Part shown: positions 1 to 7,401 of the stretch, one piece after another
How the letters are laid out: every line of letters begins with the position of its first letter
How positions within the stretch are numbered: the stretch's first letter is position 1
Assembly: GCA_039588275.1 (NCBI GenBank)
Contig: JBDHAC010000010.1
Location: forward strand, 1 to 64,000
DNA: 64,000 bases
Source of the DNA: Gemmatimonadota bacterium
GTDB taxonomy: Bacteria > Gemmatimonadota > Gemmatimonadetes > Palauibacterales > Palauibacteraceae
Reading direction: 5' to 3'
Position numbers and translations under genes: made by a program
The notes under the pieces: model-generated
Told to the model about the DNA's origin: nothing
The model's input: the letters and a program-made list of their open reading frames with translations, nothing else
The model's database searches: none

Positions 1-285
1 GAGAACGACCCCGGCGGCCGGAGAGAGGTCGTGTCGCACCCCCAGTCTCCCGGCGCTCAACACCGCGGTTGTGTCGAGGTTCACCACCTTCCCCTGCTGC
101 ATGGCGGCAGCCGCCTGAAGGGCGTCGCCCTCATCGCCGTGGCGATACACGTGCCGGAACACGTCCAGGATGGTGATGGTGGGGACGACGAGCTTGTCGA
201 CCTCCTGGAGGGTCTGCGCGAAGAAGGCGGCGTCCGGACCGTCGGTGAAGTACTCCAACCACCCCGACGCGTCGACGACGTTCAC
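1..285 (-). CDS. vapC: PIN-domain (VapC-type) toxin, truncated by window edge
   Basis: Not in the ORF track. Manual translation from GTG at 285 gives MNVVDASGWLEYFTDGPDAAFFAQTLQEVDKLVVPTITILDVFRHVYRHGDEGDALQAAAAMQQGKVVNLD, a typical PIN N-terminus. GTGA overlaps the antitoxin stop, and the frame is open to position 1. Confidence 0.85.
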   Translation of the reverse strand, partial: MNVVDASGWLEYFTDGPDAAFFAQTLQEVDKLVVPTITILDVFRHVYRHGDEGDALQAAAAMQQGKVVNLDTTAVLSAGRLGVRHDLSPAAGVVL

Positions 286-491
286 GCGTTCCACTCCGCC
301 GGAGACCGCTCGATACCTCTCAGGAATCCTCTCATCCGCTTCACGGGCCTGAAGGGGACGAACTCCACGCGATCCTGATACAGGAGGGCCTGCACCTTTT
401 GGCCGGGCCGAAGCCCGAGCGATTCTCGGATCGGACGTGGGATGACGACCTGGTACTTGGGGGAGACGGTGACGACGGTCTCGGTCAGCAT
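282..491 (-). CDS. AbrB/MazE/SpoVT-family antitoxin
   Basis: VTVSPKYQVVIPRPIRESLGLRPGQKV is the swapped-hairpin AbrB motif; the gene lies directly upstream of the PIN toxin. Confidence 0.9.
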   Translation of the reverse strand: MLTETVVTVSPKYQVVIPRPIRESLGLRPGQKVQALLYQDRVEFVPFRPVKRMRGFLRGIERSPAEWNA

Positions 492-631
492 ACGCTTCTC
501 ACATCGATGCGGACGAAGTATGACGGGACAAGGGTCGACGATAATAACGTTTTACACGTGGTCTTGTAAACCACGAGCGCGGCGGGTGGGAACGAGCGCG
601 GACAGCGTGGAGCCGTCCGCGCTCCGACCGG

Positions 632-2368
632 CTAGCGGCGCTTGTGCTCCCGCTTCCAGCGACGGTGTGCCTCGAGGTTCTCGAGCCAGGGTTGCCGCTC
701 GAAGTAGCTGCGCGTGGTCTCCACGACCTGCGGCGCCAGGAACAGCAGCGCGATCAGGTTGGGGATGATCACGATCGCGAGGAAGATATCCCCCAGCGTC
801 CAGGCGACCGCCAGCGGCAACACCGCACCGATGAAGTGCGCGACCACGAACGCGACCTTGTACGGCAACACCGCCTTGACGCCGAACAGGTAATGGGCGC
901 ACCGGTCGCCGTAGTAGCTCCACGCGATCGCCGTCGAGATCGCGAACAACAGCACGGAGAAGATCACGATGTAGTGCCCCCAGTCGCCGAGCGGTGAGAG
1001 CCCGCGCCGGAATCCCTCCATGGTCAGGGGCGCCCCGCTCTCGACCGCCATCCCGTACAGGCTCGTGACGGAGCTCCCATCGGGAAGCTGCGCGGCCCCA
1101 TCGTCCGGAGAGACGGTTCCTTCGAAGCGGGCCGTCATCTCCGGATCCACGAACAGCTCGTCGAGCGCGACCTCGTGCCACGCGACCTGCGGGGCCGAGA
1201 TGTCCGCAGGCTGACCATCCACGTAACGGATCGGGCTGGTCACGTCCGCCGAGGCGCTGGAGCCATCGGCTTCGACGGTCACGTACGAAAGGTCGCCACC
1301 ACCGTCGAGCACGATCTCGGTGGCGACCCGGTCGCTCCACACGCCGGTCATGATGATCACCAGCGCGGTCATCGTGCAGATCACGATCGTGTCGATGAAC
1401 GGCTCGAGGAGCGCGACCACGCCCTCGGACACGGGCTCATCGGTCTGCGCGGCGGCGTGCGCGATGGGCGCCGACCCCTGCCCCGCCTCGTTCGAGAACA
1501 GCCCACGCCGCACACCCCACATGAGGGTCACCAGGAACGCCCCCACCCCCGTCCCGGCGATGCCCGCGGTCGGGTTGAAGGCCTCCCGGAAGATGAGCCC
1601 GAACGTCGGGATGAGATCGCCGGCGTTGATGAGGATCACGATCAGCGCGCCGAGCACATAAACCGCCGCCATGAACGGGGCGAGGATGCTCGTCACACGG
1701 CCGATACGCTTGATCCCGCCCAGGATCACGAGCGCGACCACCCCCGAAGTGATCAGCCCGCTCACCCACACCGGGATCCCGAAGTTGGTCCGCATGGCGT
1801 CGGCGACGGTGTTCGCCTGGATGCCGTTTCCGGTGAGGAACGCCGTGATCCCGAGCATGAAGGCGAAGAAGATCGCGACCGGCTTCCAGTTCTTCCCGAG
1901 CCCGCGCTCGATGTAGTACATCGGCCCGCCGGCTACCGTCCCCTCCCACTTGTGCTCGGGGTCCTCGTTGACCGTGCGGTACCTTTGGGCGAGGGTGACC
2001 TCTGTGTATTTCGTCGCCATCCCGAGCAGCGCGGTCATCCACATCCAGAACAGGGCCCCCGGTCCGCCCCAGTGGATCGCGATCGCCACGCCGGCGATGT
2101 TCCCGATCCCTACCGTGGCGCTCAACGCGGTAGTGAGCGCCTGGAAGTGAGACACGTCTCCCGGCTCGCTCGGGTCGTCGTAACGACCGCTGGTCACCGC
2201 GAACCCGTGCGCGAGGCGGCGAAGCTGGATGAAGCCCAGGCGGAGCGTCAGGAAGAGGCCCGTGCCGAGAAGAAGGACCACCTGAAGGGTGATCTTCTCA
2301 TCGCCAACGGGAATCCCGAGCTCCGCGACGTTGTGGTTCAGCCAGTCGACGATCGCGGCAAAATCCAT
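632..2368 (-). CDS. Alanine/glycine:cation symporter (AGCS) family transporter
   Basis: Motifs TVGIGNIAGVAIAIHWGGPGALFWMW, GGPMYYI, RGLFSNEAGQGSAPIAHAAA and LLEPFIDTIVICTMTAL. Start chosen at MDFAAI, downstream of GGGGGAGG. Confidence 0.93.
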   Translation of the reverse strand: MDFAAIVDWLNHNVAELGIPVGDEKITLQVVLLLGTGLFLTLRLGFIQLRRLAHGFAVTSGRYDDPSEPGDVSHFQALTTALSATVGIGNIAGVAIAIHWGGPGALFWMWMTALLGMATKYTEVTLAQRYRTVNEDPEHKWEGTVAGGPMYYIERGLGKNWKPVAIFFAFMLGITAFLTGNGIQANTVADAMRTNFGIPVWVSGLITSGVVALVILGGIKRIGRVTSILAPFMAAVYVLGALIVILINAGDLIPTFGLIFREAFNPTAGIAGTGVGAFLVTLMWGVRRGLFSNEAGQGSAPIAHAAAQTDEPVSEGVVALLEPFIDTIVICTMTALVIIMTGVWSDRVATEIVLDGGGDLSYVTVEADGSSASADVTSPIRYVDGQPADISAPQVAWHEVALDELFVDPEMTARFEGTVSPDDGAAQLPDGSSVTSLYGMAVESGAPLTMEGFRRGLSPLGDWGHYIVIFSVLLFAISTAIAWSYYGDRCAHYLFGVKAVLPYKVAFVVAHFIGAVLPLAVAWTLGDIFLAIVIIPNLIALLFLAPQVVETTRSYFERQPWLENLEAHRRWKREHKRR

Positions 2369-2464
2369 GTGCCTCCCCCGATTAGATGTTCCGCTGAGGA
2401 TGGGCCCCGTTGTACAGTGGGGCAAGTTGGCCGGCCAATCGCGCACCGACCCGGTCGGTCGCCC

Positions 2465-2492
2465 TTAACGGGCGGCCCTTCTAGGCTGTCAT
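2465..2492 (+). promoter_or_regulatory. Candidate ECF-type (autoregulatory) promoter
   Basis: TTAAC-N17-TGTCAT about 20 nt upstream of the ECF sigma ATG fits the AAC..N17..(C/T)GT geometry of ECF promoters. Confidence 0.35.
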
Positions 2493-2512
2493 CTCCCGTA
2501 GGACGGGGGGAA

Positions 2513-3103
2513 ATGTCGGACGGTCACCCTGACATTCAGGATGCGTCGCTGGTTGCACGCGCTCGAGAGGGCGATGGCGTGGCGTTCGAGGCGCTGGTCC
2601 GCCGCTACTACCGCGCCGCGTTCGCCGTGGCGCTCGGCCAACTGGGAACCGCGATGGAGGCGGAGGATGTGTGTCAGGACGCGTTCCTGCGCGCCCTCGA
2701 GCGGCTGGACGATTGCGACCCCGCACGCTTCGGCGCGTGGTTGCTCTCGATCGTCCGGAATCGAGCGCACAATTATCGCGCTTATCTCGCGCTGCGCCGT
2801 GGACCGGATCACGAGCGCGTCCCGGCCGCTCGGGTCGGGCCCATGGAGCGGGAAGAACGGGGGCCATCCGGACATCTGGCACAGGATGAGTTGCGCCATG
2901 ACCTCGAGGTCGCCATCGGCGTCCTCTCGTCGATCCAGCGCGAGGTGCTGCTCCTCCATGATCTGGATGGCCGGCCGCACCGTGAGATCGCGGACGCGCT
3001 GCGACTCTCGGTCGGCATGTCCCGCTACCACCTGATGCAGGCCCGCCGACGCATGCGCGCGACGCTCGGGGGAGAGTACGCGAAGGAGTATCTGAATGGA
3101 TGA
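2513..3103 (+). CDS. ECF RNA polymerase sigma-70 factor
   Basis: Region 2 (DASLVARAREGDGVAFEALVRRY, EAEDVCQDAFLRA, FGAWLLSIVRN) and region 4 (LSSIQREVLLLHDLDGRPHREIADAL). This is the 3' part of track ORF 1175..3103. Confidence 0.93.
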   Translation: MSDGHPDIQDASLVARAREGDGVAFEALVRRYYRAAFAVALGQLGTAMEAEDVCQDAFLRALERLDDCDPARFGAWLLSIVRNRAHNYRAYLALRRGPDHERVPAARVGPMEREERGPSGHLAQDELRHDLEVAIGVLSSIQREVLLLHDLDGRPHREIADALRLSVGMSRYHLMQARRRMRATLGGEYAKEYLNG

Positions 3104-3566
3104 GGATCTTCACGCCACGGGGAGGGGCGCCGGAGGGGGCGGCCCGGATGACCGCGAGGATGGGATCGACATGAGTGAGCGGATCGACCTGAGTGCGCTC
3201 GATCCAACCGCGGATCCAGGTCGCTTCGAGCCATTGGTCCGGAGCATTGCGGCCCGCGCCGCCTCCGAGCTCACGCGTCGCGGCGGTCAGAGCGCCGACG
3301 CCATCAATCGGCCCTTTGACGAACACGCCATCACGGTCGTGAAGGTCATTCGCGGCTGGCAACGCCTGTTGTGGCCTGTAGCGGCGGCCATCACGCTCGC
3401 CTCGCTGGCCACCTTGAGGTTGGTGGAGCACCCCTCCACCGAGACAGAATCGGCCGACTCGCAACTGGCGCAGGCGTTGGGCGTGCCGGCCTACATGGCG
3501 AGTTGGGTCTCCGGCGATGAGATCCCGGGGCCGGCGGAGCTCGTCTTCTCCCAGGAGGAACAATGA
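3096..3566 (+). CDS. Putative single-pass membrane anti-sigma factor
   Basis: Overlaps the sigma stop and has one hydrophobic segment (LLWPVAAAITLASLATL). The start could be 3171. Confidence 0.6.
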   Translation: MDEDLHATGRGAGGGGPDDREDGIDMSERIDLSALDPTADPGRFEPLVRSIAARAASELTRRGGQSADAINRPFDEHAITVVKVIRGWQRLLWPVAAAITLASLATLRLVEHPSTETESADSQLAQALGVPAYMASWVSGDEIPGPAELVFSQEEQ

Positions 3567-4078
3567 GAAAGGGAGTCGAATCACTCGGACGGCTTCGCCT
3601 GCAGGGTCTCCTGCTGCTGGGTCTCGCATTCGTGAGCGGCGGCCTCGCAGGCGTGGCCATCGAGCACGCGCGGACGGCCACGGGAGAACGGGCCAACGCG
3701 ACCCGCATGCCTCCCCCGTTCGGTCGGAGGGGCGTCCTGCCGCCTCAGTTGGAGCGCTTCGATCTGACCGAGGAGCAGCGCGCCGAGATCCGGGCGATCC
3801 TCGAGCGGAGACAGCCCGAGACGGACTCGATTCTGGGCCTGGCCATGCCGCGCCTCAACGCGATCATGGAGTCTACACGCGCAGAGATCCGCGAAGTCCT
3901 GACGCCCGAGCAAAGAGAGCGAATGGACACGATGGTGCCGGGGCGGCGCGGACCGAGAGGGCCACGTCTTCCGGGCCGCCGCGCGATGCCCGTCGACACC
4001 CCGGCGCAACCGGGCGGTGGCCCGGCCCCTCCCCGAGGGCCTGCGCCCGGCGGGCTTTGGTCATACTCCGGCCGATAA
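3563..4078 (+). CDS. Spy/CpxP-like periplasmic helical protein
   Basis: N-terminal TM/signal LLLLGLAFVSGGLAG and two LTxEQ motifs (LTEEQRAEI, LTPEQRERM); ATGA coupling to the upstream gene. Confidence 0.75.
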   Translation: MRKGVESLGRLRLQGLLLLGLAFVSGGLAGVAIEHARTATGERANATRMPPPFGRRGVLPPQLERFDLTEEQRAEIRAILERRQPETDSILGLAMPRLNAIMESTRAEIREVLTPEQRERMDTMVPGRRGPRGPRLPGRRAMPVDTPAQPGGGPAPPRGPAPGGLWSYSGR

Positions 4079-4100
4079 ACATTGTCACGGTCTCGCGTCA

Positions 4101-4141
4101 GCGTAACGAACGGGGCCGTCGGCGTAACGAACGGGGGCCGT
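4101..4141 (+). repeat. Intergenic direct repeat, 2 copies, 21-bp period
   Basis: GCGTAACGAACGGGGCCGT at 4101-4119 and GCGTAACGAACGGGGGCCGT at 4122-4141. Confidence 0.8.
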
Positions 4142-4278
4142 TGGCCCTTCGCCCTTCACCTAGCCGTTCCGAGCGTTGCCGGGGCGGGCGGTACATCTCT
4201 TGCTTGCACCTTCCTGTGAACCGAACTTTGGGGGAGCGCATTTGGGATCCCCCGGCCTACTCTCGGGAGGGCTGGAGA

Positions 4279-4977
4279 ATGCTCACACGTTACCGAATTC
4301 TGGCGGTCACGCTGTTTCTCTTCTGTACGACCGCGACCACTTCTTGCACCGACAGCACCGGACCGGAGACCGGACAGGCCAGCATCCTGATCGCCGGGGA
4401 TGGATCCGTCGCCGCTTCAGCGGTACCCGCGGGATTGCGCCTCAGCCTGGGTGACGTGCCCGTCGCAGCGGTCGGATCGATCGACCTCGCAGTAACGCGG
4501 GTCGACCTCCACCGCATCGGTGACGGGGACGCCGGGGAAGGTGGCGAGGGCGGTGAAGGCGGTGAAGGCGGTGAAGGCGGAGAGAGCGGAGGTGAGGGAG
4601 GAGGCTGGTTCACGCTGGACCTGGCGGCCGAGACTCCCATCGACCTGATCGGCCTTCCGACGACGGGTGGCGTCGAAATCGCGAGCGGTTCGCTCGCCGC
4701 GGGCACCTACAATCAGGTGCGGCTTTATTTCTCCACCTCGACGCTGACTCTCGCTCAGACGATCACCGTCGGCGGGCAGGATCTGGATCCGGGCACTTAT
4801 GACATCCGGATCCCCAGCGCCGAACAATCGGGTTACAAGATCCAGATGGGTCAGTTCGAAATCGCGGGTGGAGAGATCGCGTCGATCTTGATCGAGGTCG
4901 CCACCAGCGCCTCGATCGGATCTCTGGTGTGGAACGCGAACGGATTCCAGCTCAGCCCGGTCATGCACAAGAAATAG
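4279..4977 (+). CDS. DUF4382-like lipoprotein
   Basis: Signal peptide ending in a Cys (TATTSC). SIDLAVTRVDLH, IDLIGL, LAAGTYNQVRL, IRIPSAEQSGYKI and FQLSPV resemble DUF4382. Confidence 0.7.
   Translation: MLTRYRILAVTLFLFCTTATTSCTDSTGPETGQASILIAGDGSVAASAVPAGLRLSLGDVPVAAVGSIDLAVTRVDLHRIGDGDAGEGGEGGEGGEGGEGGESGGEGGGWFTLDLAAETPIDLIGLPTTGGVEIASGSLAAGTYNQVRLYFSTSTLTLAQTITVGGQDLDPGTYDIRIPSAEQSGYKIQMGQFEIAGGEIASILIEVATSASIGSLVWNANGFQLSPVMHKK
4534..4605 (+). repeat. In-frame 9-nt microsatellite encoding (GEG)n
   Basis: GGTGAAGGC x3 plus degenerate copies, translating to GEGGEGGEGGEGGEGGESGGEGGG. Confidence 0.85.
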
Positions 4978-5025
4978 CGATTGCGACTCCGGGCATGAGC
5001 CGCTCGGAGCGCCTGATCGAAGCCC

Positions 5026-5060
5026 AGAAGGCCCCGCTACCATGGCGGGGCCTTCTTTTT
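5026..5060 (+). terminator. Rho-independent terminator
   Basis: AGAAGGCCCCGC-loop-GCGGGGCCTTCT followed by a T-run, downstream of the DUF4382 gene. Confidence 0.85.
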
Positions 5061-5160
5061 GCTCCATCTGGCACGAGTGTGCAAATCTTGTAGTTTCCGG
5101 CCCCATCGTTACCGGGCCGTGATTGACCGGCTCGAGCCGCCGGGTATGGATGGGAGGGGA

Positions 5161-7362
5161 ATGGCGAACCCGATGACGCGGTCGAGACTCGCAGCGACCA
5201 TCGCGCGCGAGCGACCCGAGATCCCGGTGCCCATCGACAGGCTCTGGGAGTTTGCCTTGAATCTGTCATGGACCTGGGACCGCGATGCACGCTCGCTGTT
5301 CAAGTCCATCGACCTCCCCTTGTGGAGAATCACGCGCCACAACCCTGTCGAGCTCCTTTTGCAAGTCAAGCCGGAGCGGCTCGCCGCGCTCGCGAAGAAC
5401 GAGGGGTTTCTGCAGCGCTACGAGGCCGTGGTCTCGACCGTCGAGCACGAGTCGACCTCCGAGCACACCTGGTTCGCGCAGCACTACCCCGAGCACGTGG
5501 ACAAGCCGATCGCGTATTTCTGCGCGGAGTTCGGACTGCACAACTCGGTTCCGATCTATTCCGGCGGGCTGGGCGTGTTGGCTGGAGACCACTGCAAGGC
5601 CGCGTCGGATCTCGGGGTGCCCCTCGTCGGAGTCGGGCTACTCTACACGCGAGGGTATTTCGACCAGGCCCTCCGATTGGATGGCTGGCAAGAAGACGCG
5701 GATGAAACGTTCGACCCCGCGCGCACGGCCCTCGAGCCACTCTCCGGACCGGACGGGGAGCCCTACCTCACATCCATCGTCAGCTCCGGCCGCAAGGTGT
5801 ACGTCGGGGCCTGGCGGCTGCGCGTGGGTCGCGTCTCGATCTACCTGCTGGACACGGATCTCGAAGAGAACGATCGCGCGGATCGGGAGCTATCCCACAA
5901 GCTGTACGCCGGAGGGGCCGATCTCCGTCTGCGCCAGGAAGGGCTCCTGGGCATCGGGGGCGTGCGCGTGCTGAAGGCCCTCGGCATCGAGCCCCTGGCT
6001 TGGCACGCCAACGAGGGACACGCCGCCTTCATGCTGGTCGAGAGGGTTCGACAGCTCGTGAAGGGTGGCGTACCGCTGGACGAGGGGGTCGAGCGGGTAA
6101 GAGCGAGCAGCGTGTTCACGACCCATACGCCGGTACCGGCGGGACACGACATCTTCACGCGGCGACAGATCCGCGAATGGGCCGGGTCGTACTGGGACGA
6201 GTTGGGTGACGGCAACAAGCTCCTGATGATGGGCGAGCACCCGGAGCTGGACGGTGAGCGATTCCACATGACTGCCGCCGGGATCCGTCTATCCCGACGC
6301 GTGAACGGTGTCTCCGAGCGCCACGGGAAGGTCACCCGTGATATCTGGCACAGCCTGTGGAAGGGTCGCGCGGTTGATGACGTTCCCATCGGCCACGTGA
6401 CGAATGGGGTCCACCTCGCCAACTGGATGAACAACGAGATCATGGCTCTGCTGGACAGGTACCTCGGCAAGGACTGGGGTCATCGTCTCGAGGAGTCGGA
6501 GATGTGGGAGGGGATCCTCGAAATCCCCGACCACGGGCTGTGGACGGTCCATCAGCGACTCAAGATCGGACTCGTCGATTTCATGCGAGAGGAGGCCCGG
6601 CGCCGCTGGCGGGATCAATGGAAGGAAGCCGCACACCTCGTGGGTGCTGGGACGCTCCTGAGCCCCTTCCCGCTGACGATCGGCTTCGCCCGACGCTTCG
6701 CGGCCTACAAGCGCGCTGACCTGATCTTCAGCGATGTCGAGCGTTTCCTGCGTCTTCTTTCGGACCCCTGGCGTCCGGTCCAGCTCATATTCGCGGGTAA
6801 GGCTCACCCGCAGGACGAGCGCGGGAAGGAGGTCTTGCAGGCGGTCTATTCACACACCCGTGAGCAACGCTTCGAGGGTCGCATCGCGTTCCTGGAAGAC
6901 TACGGGCTCCACGTCGCGCACCGCCTCGTCGAGGGGGTCGACCTATGGGTCAACGTCCCCCGAGTGCCCCTCGAGGCTAGCGGGACCAGCGGCATGAAGG
7001 CGGCGCTGAACGGCGTGCCTCAGTTGGGCACCGCAGACGGGTGGTGGGAGGAAGGCTTCACGGGGATGAACGGCTGGTCGATCCCGCCCGCACCGCGCGA
7101 CGCGGACGACGAGCAGGCCAGGGAGCAGGCGGACGCCGCGGACGCCGAGCAGCTGTACCGTCTCCTCGAGGAGGAGGTGATCCCCCTCTTCTACGACCGG
7201 GACCGCACCGGGATACCGGTGGGTTGGATCCAACGCATGAAGGCCTCGCTCATCACTGCGGCGCAGCAATTCACGGCTCGGCGGATGGTGCAGGACTACG
7301 CACGGGATTACTACGTGCCGTCGCTGCTAGGCACCGACGGTGACGATCCGCCGACTGTCTAG
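5161..7362 (+). CDS. glgP: Alpha-glucan (glycogen) phosphorylase
   Basis: IAYFCAEFGLH, YSGGLGVLAGDH, HANEGHAAF, FTTHTPVPAGHD, FARRFAAYKRA, FAGKAHP and the PLP motif EASGTSGMK. Confidence 0.95.
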   Translation: MANPMTRSRLAATIARERPEIPVPIDRLWEFALNLSWTWDRDARSLFKSIDLPLWRITRHNPVELLLQVKPERLAALAKNEGFLQRYEAVVSTVEHESTSEHTWFAQHYPEHVDKPIAYFCAEFGLHNSVPIYSGGLGVLAGDHCKAASDLGVPLVGVGLLYTRGYFDQALRLDGWQEDADETFDPARTALEPLSGPDGEPYLTSIVSSGRKVYVGAWRLRVGRVSIYLLDTDLEENDRADRELSHKLYAGGADLRLRQEGLLGIGGVRVLKALGIEPLAWHANEGHAAFMLVERVRQLVKGGVPLDEGVERVRASSVFTTHTPVPAGHDIFTRRQIREWAGSYWDELGDGNKLLMMGEHPELDGERFHMTAAGIRLSRRVNGVSERHGKVTRDIWHSLWKGRAVDDVPIGHVTNGVHLANWMNNEIMALLDRYLGKDWGHRLEESEMWEGILEIPDHGLWTVHQRLKIGLVDFMREEARRRWRDQWKEAAHLVGAGTLLSPFPLTIGFARRFAAYKRADLIFSDVERFLRLLSDPWRPVQLIFAGKAHPQDERGKEVLQAVYSHTREQRFEGRIAFLEDYGLHVAHRLVEGVDLWVNVPRVPLEASGTSGMKAALNGVPQLGTADGWWEEGFTGMNGWSIPPAPRDADDEQAREQADAADAEQLYRLLEEEVIPLFYDRDRTGIPVGWIQRMKASLITAAQQFTARRMVQDYARDYYVPSLLGTDGDDPPTV

Positions 7363-7401
7363 CGGGTCCCCGAAGCGATCGCGCGGGCCCTGATACCCGA
7401 T

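Noticed and set aside
2369..2512. Glycine riboswitch upstream of the AGCS symporter
   Set aside because: Short divergent intergenic region with no recognisable aptamer motifs.
1175..2512. N-terminal extensions of track ORFs (1175..3103, 3517..4977, 9551..11494, 7402..10170, 40953..42011 and others)
   Set aside because: They overlap real genes, and family motifs and start signals begin downstream.
5068..5084. Sigma-54-like CTGGCACGAGTGTGCA upstream of glgP
   Set aside because: The GG-to-GC spacing is one base shorter than the strict -24/-12 consensus.
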